A DNA stretch of 64,000 nucleotides, from positions 418,435 to 482,434 of the forward strand of contig CAVVCK010000001.1 of the NCBI GenBank assembly GCA_963746775.1, read 5' to 3'. The stretch's first letter is position 1. Every line of letters starts with the position of its first letter. Made by a program: the position numbers and the translations under genes. This document shows, one piece after another, positions 29,699-38,646 of the stretch. The stretch comes from an uncultured bacterium. GTDB taxonomy: Bacteria; Patescibacteriota; JABMPQ01; CAVVCK01. The notes below the pieces were generated by a model, which saw nothing but the letters and a program-made list of their open reading frames with translations, did no database searches and was not told the origin of the DNA.

Positions 29699-30712
29699 AT
29701 GCTTATTTTAGCTATAGAAACGTTTTGCGATGAAACTTCAATTGCAATATTAAAAGACGGCAAGAAATTATTGTCTAATATTGTTTATTCTCAAGAAAAA
29801 ATGCACGCAAAGTTCGGTGGAATAGTACCAGAAATCGCTGCCCGTAAACATATTGAAACTGTAATTCCCACTATTGATAAAGCCTTAACTAAAGCTAATG
29901 TTAAGTTAAATAAGATGGACTATATTGCCGTAACTAATGGTCCAGGATTAATTACATCACTAATGATTGGCATAGACACAGCCAAATCTCTATCCTTTGC
30001 TCTAAAAATTCCCATAATACCTATCCATCACACAGAATCTCATATTTATTCTAATTTCATTGAAAATAGTGAAATTGAATTCCCTGCTCTAGCTTTAGTT
30101 GTCTCTGGTGGACATACTAATCTTATTTTAATAAAAGATCATGGCCAATACCAAGAAATAGGCTCAACCAGAGATGATGCCGCTGGCGAGGCTTTCGATA
30201 AAGTCGCTAAATTGTTAAATATTGGTTATCCCGGGGGCCCTGTTATTTCAGAAAAAGCTGACATGGGAAATTCCCGAGCTTATTCCTTCCCTAGACCTAT
30301 GATCAATAGTAATAATTTTGATTTTTCTTTTTCCGGACTTAAAACAGAGGTGCTATATTTAGTCCAGAAAAAACATAATAAATTTTCTCCCCAAGAAATA
30401 AATAATATCTGCGCTTCTTTCCAGATAGCTGTCGTGGATGTACTAGTCTCTAAAACTATTAAAGCAGCGACTAAATATAACGTAAAATCAGTTCTACTCG
30501 CTGGCGGTGTATCAGCTAATAAATTATTAAGAAGAAAATTAAAAACAGCTGTCAATCAAGAATTAGAAAAAACTGAATTTTATTATCCAGACTTCCAATA
30601 TTGCACTGATAATGCCGCTATGGTAGCTCAAGCTGCTTATTACCATGTTTTAAATAAAAATTATACGACCTGGGATAAGGTTATAGTTGATCCGAATTTG
30701 AAATTGAACTAA
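29699..30712 (+). CDS. tsaD: tRNA N6-adenosine threonylcarbamoyltransferase
   Basis: ETxCDETS, HHTESH, SGGHT, DDAAGEAFDK, CTDNAAM. Confidence 0.96.
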   Translation: MLILAIETFCDETSIAILKDGKKLLSNIVYSQEKMHAKFGGIVPEIAARKHIETVIPTIDKALTKANVKLNKMDYIAVTNGPGLITSLMIGIDTAKSLSFALKIPIIPIHHTESHIYSNFIENSEIEFPALALVVSGGHTNLILIKDHGQYQEIGSTRDDAAGEAFDKVAKLLNIGYPGGPVISEKADMGNSRAYSFPRPMINSNNFDFSFSGLKTEVLYLVQKKHNKFSPQEINNICASFQIAVVDVLVSKTIKAATKYNVKSVLLAGGVSANKLLRRKLKTAVNQELEKTEFYYPDFQYCTDNAAMVAQAAYYHVLNKNYTTWDKVIVDPNLKLN

Positions 30713-30719
30713 AAAATTA

Positions 30720-30750
30720 CGTAGGGGCAGAACAATGTTCTGCCCCTACG
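30720..30750. repeat. REP-like GTAG palindrome, copy 2
   Basis: Identical to 482-512. Confidence 0.85.
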
Positions 30751-30817
30751 TAATCAATCTTTACACTCCCTCCTTTATCCGCAATAATAACTTTATAATT
30801 TAAAATAAAATATATTT

Positions 30818-33229
30818 ATGAAACTAGATAAAAAATACAATCACCTCGAATCAGAGAAAAAATGGCATAAATTCTGGGAAGAAGAAAAAATTTACCAATT
30901 TGATGAAAAATCTGACAAGCCTATTTATTCAGTAGATACTCCACCTCCCTATGTATCCGCTGATCACCTTCATCAAGGCCATATTATGAGCTACTCTCAG
31001 GCAGAATTTATTGTGCGCTATAAAAGAATGAAAGGCTTTAATGTCTATTACCCTATGGGTTTTGATGATAATGGTTTGCCGACTGAAAGATTTGTAGAAA
31101 AAAAATATAAAGTAAATAAAAAAAATATTTCTCGGCCGGAATTTATAGACCTTTGCCTTAAAGAAACCAAAAAAGGAGCGGAGACTTATAGAAAACTTTG
31201 GACAGATTTAGGAATTTCCGTTGATTGGTCTAAAACTTATAGTACTATCAATCCCCTTTGTCAGAGCCGATCTCAATGGAGTTTTTTGGATTTATATAAT
31301 AAAGGCAAAATTTATAGAGCGAATAAACCAATTCTTTGGTGTACGACTTGCCAGACTGCTATCGCTCAAGCAGATTTGGAACCTGAAGAAAGAAAGACTA
31401 AATTAGTTCATATAAAAGTTAAAATAAAAGACACGGGTGAAAACTTAGTATTTGCTACCACTAGACCAGAACTTCTACCCGCTTGTATGGGAATATCAGT
31501 CAATCCTACTGATAAGCGCTACAAAAACTTAATCGGCAAAACCGTTATTATGCCTCTAACTGGAGCTGAAGTAGAACTAACAGCCGATAACGAAGGTGTA
31601 GATCCTAGATATGGCTCAGGCGTTGTCTATTTCTGCTCCTATGGCGGTGGCGAGTGTATTGAATGGCTTTCCAGACACAAGGAAGCCAAGCCTATTCATA
31701 TTCTAAATCCAGACGGCAAATTCAATGATAAGGCCGGAAATTACCAAGGCCTAAGCATTGGTGAAGCCCGTAAAAAAATTATAGAAGACTTAAATAAAGC
31801 AGGCGCTATTGAAAAAATAGAAAAACTAAACAATGTTACTCACGTTCATGAACGCTGCGGTACTGATGTCGAATACATTCCCACTAAACAATGGTTTATA
31901 AGACTCCTAGATGATAAAGAAGCTTTCCTAGAATATGGCAAGAAATTAAATTGGTACCCTGAATCCATGCATAAAAAATACATTGACTGGGTGGAGAGCC
32001 TTAAGTGGGATTGGTGTATCTCCAGACAGCGATATTATGGCGTCCCCTTCCCTCTTTGGTATTGTGCTGATTGTGGTGAAGTAATTCTACCCGAAGAAAA
32101 AGATTTGCCCATTGATCCATCTGTAAATAAACCAAATAAACCTTGCCCTAAATGTGGATCAACTAATACAAAACCTGAATTAGATGTTATGGATACCTGG
32201 ATGACTTCATCTATGACCCCCTATATCGTTCGAGATTTAATTGGAAATGATAAGGTATTCCCTACTTCACTCCGCCCCCAAGCCTTTGAAATTATTCGCA
32301 CTTGGCTATTTTATAGCGTAGTTAAAGCTTATTTTCATAATCAATCTATTCCATTCCAAGACGTTATGATTTCTGGACATGGGCTAGATCAACACGGCAG
32401 AAAAATATCTAAAAGATTAGGTAATTATGTTGATCCTAATATTATAATTGAACAATACGGAGCTGACTCTATGCGCTATTGGAGCTGCGGTGCAAACTTA
32501 GGAAGCAATTTAAGATTCCAAGAAGAAGAAGTAAAAGAAGGAAAGAAACTATTAAATAAGCTATTCAATGTTGCCAAATTTTCCTTAATGCACCTCGAAG
32601 AATCAGGAATTAAGAATCAGGAATCAGGAGAATTAAAACCTATAGATAAATGGATATTAACCAAATTGCAAAATACAATTAAAGAATGCACCAAAGCCTT
32701 TGATACTTACGAGTATTCTCGGGTAAAAAAGATTGTTTATGATTTCTTTTGGAAAGATTTGGCTGATAATTATTTAGAAATGGTTAAATACAGGCTCTAC
32801 CAAGAAGATGAAAAAGATCAGGCTGCACTCTACACACTCTATACTTGTCTATTGAATATTGTAAAATTATGGGCTCCCCTTCTTCCTCATATTACAGAAG
32901 AAATCTGGCAAGCTTACTTCAAAGATACCGAGAGTGACAAAAGTGTTCATATAAGCAAATGGCCAGAAGTAAATAAAGATTTAATTGATAAAGAAAATGA
33001 AAAATTAGGCGACTTAGCTATCTTAATCTTATCTCACGTCCGCAAAGAAAAATCTGATAATAATATTTCTTTGGCTAAGGAAATTAAAGAAGTAATAATT
33101 GATTCCAAAGAAAAAGGATTAGAGAATTTTTTTGAGGATTTGAAGGAGACTAGTAAGGCTGGGAGGGTTGAATTTGGGGAGGGCGGAATGGAAGTTGTGA
33201 AGGATGTAAAAATTAAGGTTGGATTATAG
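30818..33229 (+). CDS. valS: Valine--tRNA ligase, archaeal-type
   Basis: DTPPP..S..LHQGH, GFDDNGLPTE, WCISRQR, DTW, KISKR; no bacterial C-terminal coiled coil. Confidence 0.92.
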   Translation: MKLDKKYNHLESEKKWHKFWEEEKIYQFDEKSDKPIYSVDTPPPYVSADHLHQGHIMSYSQAEFIVRYKRMKGFNVYYPMGFDDNGLPTERFVEKKYKVNKKNISRPEFIDLCLKETKKGAETYRKLWTDLGISVDWSKTYSTINPLCQSRSQWSFLDLYNKGKIYRANKPILWCTTCQTAIAQADLEPEERKTKLVHIKVKIKDTGENLVFATTRPELLPACMGISVNPTDKRYKNLIGKTVIMPLTGAEVELTADNEGVDPRYGSGVVYFCSYGGGECIEWLSRHKEAKPIHILNPDGKFNDKAGNYQGLSIGEARKKIIEDLNKAGAIEKIEKLNNVTHVHERCGTDVEYIPTKQWFIRLLDDKEAFLEYGKKLNWYPESMHKKYIDWVESLKWDWCISRQRYYGVPFPLWYCADCGEVILPEEKDLPIDPSVNKPNKPCPKCGSTNTKPELDVMDTWMTSSMTPYIVRDLIGNDKVFPTSLRPQAFEIIRTWLFYSVVKAYFHNQSIPFQDVMISGHGLDQHGRKISKRLGNYVDPNIIIEQYGADSMRYWSCGANLGSNLRFQEEEVKEGKKLLNKLFNVAKFSLMHLEESGIKNQESGELKPIDKWILTKLQNTIKECTKAFDTYEYSRVKKIVYDFFWKDLADNYLEMVKYRLYQEDEKDQAALYTLYTCLLNIVKLWAPLLPHITEEIWQAYFKDTESDKSVHISKWPEVNKDLIDKENEKLGDLAILILSHVRKEKSDNNISLAKEIKEVIIDSKEKGLENFFEDLKETSKAGRVEFGEGGMEVVKDVKIKVGL
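32600..32636 (+). repeat. Intragenic heptamer tandem repeat in valS
   Basis: GAATCAG GAATTAA GAATCAG GAATCAG GA GAATTAA, read as ESGIKNQESGEL. Confidence 0.7.
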
Positions 33230-33258
33230 TTTTTATATCATTAAGTATCAAAATTAAT

Positions 33259-33288
33259 AAAAAAATTGCTTAAAATAGCAATTTTTTT
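33259..33288. terminator. Terminator after valS
   Basis: AAAAAAATTGCT-N6-AGCAATTTTTTT. Confidence 0.65.
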
Positions 33289-33363
33289 TATTAAAAAAGC
33301 TACCATTTTGTAATTATTGCCTATAATCAGCTATTTCAAAAAGTTAAATAGTAACTTAATCTC

Positions 33364-33392
33364 TTGACAACAACAAACAGACGTGATAGGCT
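33364..33392 (+). promoter_or_regulatory. Promoter of the HTH/HEPN operon
   Basis: TTGACA-N17-TAGGCT with TGn extension, 28 nt before the first ATG. Confidence 0.7.
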
Positions 33393-33420
33393 AGAATAAT
33401 GTTAATAATCTTAATAAAAT

Positions 33421-33657
33421 ATGGATACTCAAGACAAAACTAAATTCTTAAATCAACGTACAGACATTATAATATCATTATTAATCCACATATTAGAATC
33501 TAAGTCGAAAGAATTCAAAACTCTTAGAAGTAAAATCACCTTTCTCTACTCTTTTGGCCTCAAATCCAAAGAAATAGGACAAATATTAAATAAAAAAGAT
33601 AGTCATATTCGCAAAGAAATTGCTATCGTTCGTAAACTAAATAATAAAAATAACTAA
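33421..33657 (+). CDS. Small HTH-like protein 1
   Basis: Hydrophobic helix IIISLLIHIL, then FLYSFGLKSKEIGQILNKKDSHIRKEI. Confidence 0.7.
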   Translation: MDTQDKTKFLNQRTDIIISLLIHILESKSKEFKTLRSKITFLYSFGLKSKEIGQILNKKDSHIRKEIAIVRKLNNKNN

Positions 33658-33663
33658 AATCAT

Positions 33664-33876
33664 ATGGAAACTGAAAAACTATTAGCAGACATATCCAACA
33701 AATTAAGTGTTTTAATTTCTATGTCTCTAGAAAGGGGAAATAAACAGGCAACAAATAAAGACAAAATTAAGTTTTTAAATAGATTTAGCCTTACAAATAA
33801 GCAAATAGCCGAAATCATTGGAACTTCTAAAAACTCAATAGAAGTAACGTTAAGTAAGTTAAAAAATAAATCTTAA
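33664..33876 (+). CDS. Small HTH-like protein 2
   Basis: LSVLISMSL, then KIKFLNRFSLTNKQIAEIIGTSKNSIEVTL; same layout as protein 1. Confidence 0.72.
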   Translation: METEKLLADISNKLSVLISMSLERGNKQATNKDKIKFLNRFSLTNKQIAEIIGTSKNSIEVTLSKLKNKS

Positions 33877-33887
33877 TATTAAAATAT

Positions 33888-34061
33888 ATGCCGAAAAAGG
33901 AAAATACAAATAGTTCAACAGAGCTCTTAGAACTGCTTCTTATAGTAGAATTACTGAAACTAGGAACTACTCAACTTGATATTCGTAAATTAATTGGTTG
34001 CGATATATATAAAATAAATAAACTAGCAAAATTAATAAAAAAAGGTAAGAAGAATAATTAA
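33888..34061 (+). CDS. Small HTH-like protein 3 (57 aa, not in the ORF track)
   Basis: MPKKENTNSSTELLELLLIVELLKLGTTQLDIRKLIGCDIYKINKLAKLIKKGKKNN; fills the gap exactly, 1 nt before the next ATG. Confidence 0.7.
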   Translation: MPKKENTNSSTELLELLLIVELLKLGTTQLDIRKLIGCDIYKINKLAKLIKKGKKNN

Positions 34062-34062
34062 A

Positions 34063-34758
34063 ATGAAAAAGCTAAATCAGGAAATAGTTGAAAAACTAGC
34101 AAATGAACTTAATATTTCAGAAAGAACAGTTAAAAAAAATATTTATAATTTAGTTAAAGATTACTCAGGACTAACAAAAAATGCAGTAGCCCAAATATAT
34201 GCAAGACAAAACGGTAAGACAGTCTTCCGAAAACTAGATAACGAAGATAAGGCAACACTACCCTCTATGGAAGTAATTCCTGAAAAAATTAAAATAAAAA
34301 GTATAAAAACTAGCAAAACAAAGAAACAAATTCTTTTTAATTACGAAACAGATGATTATTTTAAAAAGGAACACATAGATGAACTTCATAGAGCATATAA
34401 TAATAACTGTTACACAGCTGTCTTTATTTTAGCTCGTAAAATTATTGAAAATCTTATTATTGATATATTAAGAAAAAAATATCCTGAAAAAAAGAAAGAA
34501 AATAAAGAACTTTATTTTGATATAAATAAAAGACGTTTCAAAGATTTTGGTATTATACTCGACAATTTATATAAAAAAAGAAATGATTTTGGCACAGAAA
34601 ACAGAGCAGTTGAAAGATTATACACTCTGGCTAAAAAGTTAAAAGACAATTCAAATCATAAAACACATTCATGGTATCATCTTGTTAAACGTAAGATAGA
34701 AATAGAGGATCTAGATATTAATCAAATAATTAATATTATAAAAAAACTAGAAAAATAA
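34063..34758 (+). CDS. N-terminal HTH plus C-terminal DUF4145/HEPN-like protein
   Basis: LANELNISERTVKKN HTH; ELHRAYNNNCYTAVFILARKIIENL and LKDNSNHKTH resemble HEPN, with a variant of the Rx4H site. Confidence 0.6.
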   Translation: MKKLNQEIVEKLANELNISERTVKKNIYNLVKDYSGLTKNAVAQIYARQNGKTVFRKLDNEDKATLPSMEVIPEKIKIKSIKTSKTKKQILFNYETDDYFKKEHIDELHRAYNNNCYTAVFILARKIIENLIIDILRKKYPEKKKENKELYFDINKRRFKDFGIILDNLYKKRNDFGTENRAVERLYTLAKKLKDNSNHKTHSWYHLVKRKIEIEDLDINQIINIIKKLEK

Positions 34759-34812
34759 CACTAGCAGTAAATTTAATTAAGTAAAACATAAAATTACCAA
34801 TCTATGTACACA

Positions 34813-35079
34813 TTTAAATTTAACTGCTGCCACATGAACGGCAGTCAATATTAATTAACATTACAACATGTTAATAGAAAAATTGACTGTTGCACGTCTG
34901 TGAAGTATTAATATCTTTAACCGAGGATTTATAAGACCTGGCTTAAATTACAGTTAATATATTAGCTTACACGGAGTAGGAAGAAAAAAGTTTCTTCTGA
35001 TAGATGCGCACTCATTTGTAAACTAACCAGGTATTAGTAAATGAACACGTAATTCCGTGTGGCAGCAATTAGATCTAAG
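34813..35079 (+). ncRNA. Putative multi-stem structured RNA with kissing loops
   Basis: Closing stem 34825-36/35056-67; P2 34839-49/34882-92 with inner stem 34854-61/34868-75; P3 34897-905/34966-75 with apical loop ACCTGG; P4 34979-86/34991-98; P5 35012-17/35039-44 with loop CCAGGT(A). Confidence 0.6.
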
Positions 35080-35105
35080 ATTAATAATATTTAATTTATA
35101 TTACT

Positions 35106-35315
35106 ATGAATATTGTCGGTTATATATTAATTATCTTCGGAGGATTTTGGATCTTAAGCCGCCTATTAAACCAGCCCGTTATGTTTCGTTTAGTACGAGA
35201 TCAAATACAAGCTGGCGGATTTTTATATGGTATTTGGTGTTATATTAGAGGAGAAATATTCGGACTTGGACTAGGTATGTCACTAATAATATTAGGTATT
35301 TATCTTATAAAGTAG
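35106..35315 (+). CDS. Small two-TM membrane protein
   Basis: 69-aa ORF with two hydrophobic segments. Confidence 0.6.
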   Translation: MNIVGYILIIFGGFWILSRLLNQPVMFRLVRDQIQAGGFLYGIWCYIRGEIFGLGLGMSLIILGIYLIK

Positions 35316-35323
35316 ATTAGATT

Positions 35324-35355
35324 TGATAGCTACAAATATTCATCTATAGCGAAAT
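35324..35355. repeat. Degenerate copy of the 35595 palindrome
   Basis: TGATAGCTACAAATATTCATCTATAGCGA versus CGATCGCTACAGATATTAATCTGTAGCGA. Confidence 0.65.
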
Positions 35356-35378
35356 AAATTATTTTTTAACCAAAAAAT

Positions 35379-35582
35379 ATGATTAATTTATCAGACTTAC
35401 CAAAAACATTATTTTCTCCGTTTAAAACACTCTTCATTGGTTATATTTTACTTATCGCTATCGGTAAAATTACTATTGCAGGATTCTGGGAATTTTTTGG
35501 AATTTCTATTATTATTATAATTTTTGAAATTTTTCACAATGATTTTCTTAGAATAATACTCAATAAACAAGCAAATAAGTAA
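35379..35582 (+). CDS. Small two-TM membrane protein
   Basis: 67-aa hydrophobic ORF with an A-rich leader. Confidence 0.6.
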   Translation: MINLSDLPKTLFSPFKTLFIGYILLIAIGKITIAGFWEFFGISIIIIIFEIFHNDFLRIILNKQANK

Positions 35583-35594
35583 AAATAAATATTC

Positions 35595-35626
35595 CGATCG
35601 CTACAGATATTAATCTGTAGCGATCG
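35595..35626. repeat. Perfect 14-bp inverted repeat (REP-like, internal CTAC/GTAG)
   Basis: CGATCGCTACAGAT-ATTA-ATCTGTAGCGATCG. Confidence 0.75.
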
Positions 35627-35646
35627 TTAATAATTAAAACAAAAAA

Positions 35647-36030
35647 ATGCCCGAAAAAAAGAAAAAAACAATCCTAAATACCCTTCTCTGGGGATTTTTA
35701 CTCTGGTTATTCGGCTACATCCTAGGAATAATCTTCTTTGCTTTCATTCCCGAAAATCTCCTGGGTTGGGTTATTGCCCCCTTCGGCTGGCTAGTTACAA
35801 TTTTAATTTTATTCAAAAAGGTCAAAAGAGATTCTCTTGGTTGTTACCTAGTCGTCGGTATAATCTGGACAATAATAGCTATAATTTTAGATTATGCCTT
35901 TATAGTCAAACTCTTTGGCTCAAATAATTATTATAAACTTGATGTCTATTTCTATTATTTCTCTACTATAATATTGCCAGTAGCAATTGGTTGGTACAAG
36001 CTTAAGAAAGATAAAAATATTGCAAAATAG
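35647..36030 (+). CDS. Four-TM hypothetical membrane protein
   Basis: 127 aa, four hydrophobic helices. Confidence 0.75.
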   Translation: MPEKKKKTILNTLLWGFLLWLFGYILGIIFFAFIPENLLGWVIAPFGWLVTILILFKKVKRDSLGCYLVVGIIWTIIAIILDYAFIVKLFGSNNYYKLDVYFYYFSTIILPVAIGWYKLKKDKNIAK

Positions 36031-36031
36031 A

Positions 36032-37483
36032 TTATAAAATTCCCAAATCCAATTCCTCATCAAATTTTATTTGCTCTACAAAATCAGGCATATGGCTAAC
36101 CATTATCAGCGCGCCTTTGTAATCATTAATTGCTTTAGCGATTATGGGTAAATGACGAAAATTAATATGATTAGTTGGCTCATCTAGGATCAAAACTCCC
36201 GGCTGCATTAAAGTCAAGCGCGCAAAATTCAATAATCCTTTCTGCCCTTCCGATAAATCAGCCACTTTATGGCTCATCAAATCTCCATTAATCAAAAATC
36301 CTGAGGCAACCGAACGCAGCTCTTGCTCACCTAATCCGCTAGCCAAAATACTTGAAAGAGAGTCATAAACAGTTTGATCAAAATCCAAATTAGAAAAATC
36401 CTGACTATAATAACCAACTCGCACATCTTCTAAAATTTTAGCATTTTCATCTTTATTATTTACCAGCGTCCGCAATAATGTGCTTTTGCCTATCCCATTT
36501 GGTCCAATAATTAAAAGATGCATTCTCTTGCGAATAATTATTTCAACTTTTTTAATAATTGGCTCATGATTTTTAATAACTTTGACCGCGCTAATTTTAA
36601 CAATCTCTCCGGTAATATCTTGCACTGGGATATTAAATTCTCTAATCGTCTTGTCCTCTTTCCGAACATTAACCATATTTTCTTCCATCTCCGCTGCTTC
36701 TAATTTCAATTTTTTGGCTAGTTGCCTCATCTTACCGCCTTTATTGGCAAAAAAATTAACTTTTTCCTTACGATCAGCAATTGATTTTTTAAGCTGAGCA
36801 TTTTTTCTTTGCTCGCGTTCTACTCTATTTTTAATCTCTTCCACCACAGAATAATAATCACCAACATAAGTCTCAGTTTTATGAGTAAAAACATCTAAAT
36901 AAATAACGCCTTCAGTAAAACAATTCAAAAAATCCGCATCATGTGAAATTACAATTACGGTTTTGTCATACATAATAAGAAATTCGATTAGATGATCTAT
37001 GCCAGCCTGATCAAGGTTATTGGTCGGTTCATCAAGTAAAAGAATATCAGAATTTTGAATCAAGGCATACGCCAATAAAAGTCTCGCTTGCTGTCCGCCA
37101 GAGAGATCTCCAACTTTTCTGTCAGTTGGTACATCTAAATTTACCACTTGTAAAACTTTAAAAATTCGACTAGCCAAATTAGCTGGAGGAATCTCAAAAG
37201 CTTTTTCAAAATATTCCGTAATCGACAAAACAAAATCTTCGCGCTTTATCACTTGGCGGGCTGTAGCAATGCTAGCTTTATTAGAAATATTTACCTTACC
37301 AGATTTTGGCTGTAATTCACCCATGATTAAAGAAAATAAAGAGCTCTTGCCAGCGCCATTTTGTCCCATTAGAGTTATTTTTGCACCTTTGTGGACGCTA
37401 AAACTAGCCTCGTCTAAAATAGGCTTATGATAATCATATTCAAAATTTACTTGATCAAATCTTAAGATTACATCTTCTGCCAT
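36032..37483 (-). CDS. ABC-F family ribosome-associated ATPase
   Basis: Two NBDs (GQNGAGKS, LSGGQ, DEPTNNLD; GPNGIGKS, LSEGQ, DEPTNH), charged linker, no TM. Confidence 0.9.
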   Translation of the reverse strand: MAEDVILRFDQVNFEYDYHKPILDEASFSVHKGAKITLMGQNGAGKSSLFSLIMGELQPKSGKVNISNKASIATARQVIKREDFVLSITEYFEKAFEIPPANLASRIFKVLQVVNLDVPTDRKVGDLSGGQQARLLLAYALIQNSDILLLDEPTNNLDQAGIDHLIEFLIMYDKTVIVISHDADFLNCFTEGVIYLDVFTHKTETYVGDYYSVVEEIKNRVEREQRKNAQLKKSIADRKEKVNFFANKGGKMRQLAKKLKLEAAEMEENMVNVRKEDKTIREFNIPVQDITGEIVKISAVKVIKNHEPIIKKVEIIIRKRMHLLIIGPNGIGKSTLLRTLVNNKDENAKILEDVRVGYYSQDFSNLDFDQTVYDSLSSILASGLGEQELRSVASGFLINGDLMSHKVADLSEGQKGLLNFARLTLMQPGVLILDEPTNHINFRHLPIIAKAINDYKGALIMVSHMPDFVEQIKFDEELDLGIL

Positions 37484-37502
37484 AATATAAATACTATAAA
37501 AT

Positions 37503-37541
37503 AAAAAAGGCGCGAATCACGCCATTGCTGTTAATATAACA
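37503..37541 (-). promoter_or_regulatory. Putative uORF/terminator switch upstream of ABC-F
   Basis: TGnTATATT (37541-37533); ATG-GCG-TGA (37525-37517) overlapping hairpin GGCGTG-ATT-CGCGCC followed by T6. Confidence 0.5.
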
Positions 37542-38046
37542 TATTATTTAAAAAAATCCAGGCCATTTGGTAATATCCACACACATATGGCGGTTTCTAC
37601 AGGATAGTATTATCCTGTTAGATGAGTACATATATCAAAAATAATTAAGTAGAAAAATAAGGTAGGTTTCTATTAAGTACTCTAAACCCAACAATTAATA
37701 AAAAAAATGCCTGAAAATTTAAATCAAAACGAAATAGAAGCCAACAAACAAGAAAAAATTGAAATATTAAAAGAAGCTCTAAAAAAACATTTACCGAAGG
37801 CCTAGAAGCTAGAACTGCTAATTTAGACGAAACTGCAGCTTATCTATACAATACCAACACACTTTATAATGAACAGCCTGATAAAGTATTCCAAAAAATT
37901 TTTCATTGGAGTTGCTAACAGATAAAGAATATTCAGCAATTGTTTGGGAACATAAAAATGAAGCGCCTGATGATCCTAGGAAAAAACATGTTACTGTTTT
38001 TGATAAATACACTAGAAAATATGATCAAAAATAAAGTGTTTTAAAA

Positions 38047-38129
38047 TGGGCACGGAGAGATTCGAACTCTCAAGAGATAAACCCATACGCTCCTGAAACG
38101 TACGCGTATACCAGTTCCGCCACGTGCCC
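38047..38129 (-). tRNA. tRNA-Leu(CAG), CCA not encoded
   Basis: GGGCACG acceptor stem, D-loop GGAACTGGTA, anticodon loop TTCAGGA, variable arm, GTTCGAATC T-loop. Confidence 0.95.
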
Positions 38130-38646
38130 AAAATTATAGATATAATTTATAAATTAATAAAAAAAACGTCAATTGAATTCCTAAATATACATTTTAAATT
38201 ATAATATATTTATCTGGTCAAATTTAGTAAGAATGCTATAAGCTACAAAAACAAAATCTCTATCAAACATTCAAAAGCCAACCATCAAAAATAAGCAAGA
38301 AAAAATCAGAATTATTAACTTTATAAAAATAAATTTGATTAGCTTCCCCATTTTTGAAAAAAACCATAATCCCTAGAGATTTCCATCTAGCTGAAATAAT
38401 TTTCTCAACTATTATTTCCTCCTCTGATTTCCTCAAAAAAATAAATACTATTTTCCTTGGCACCCAAAACAATTTCACTCCAACCTTTTTCTGGAACTAT
38501 TTTTTATTTAATATTTGACACCTGTCTTGAATTTAAAAAACATAAAAGACTAGTTTTTGCTTAAAAACATAATCAATTAAACTATTTACATAAATAGTTT
38601 AGTTAATACAGACAATATTATTAATAAACTATAATCTTCTATTAAT

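Noticed and set aside
34813-35079. tmRNA, RNase P, SRP, 6S, lysine riboswitch or hammerhead identity for the structured region
   Set aside because: Diagnostic sequences not found by eye on either strand; an Rfam search is still needed
33230-38129. tRNA-Leu-anchored integrative element
   Set aside because: No integrase and no duplicate of the tRNA 3' end found
37707-38478. Fragmented ORFs on both sides of the tRNA
   Set aside because: Possibly gene remnants, but no identifiable homology
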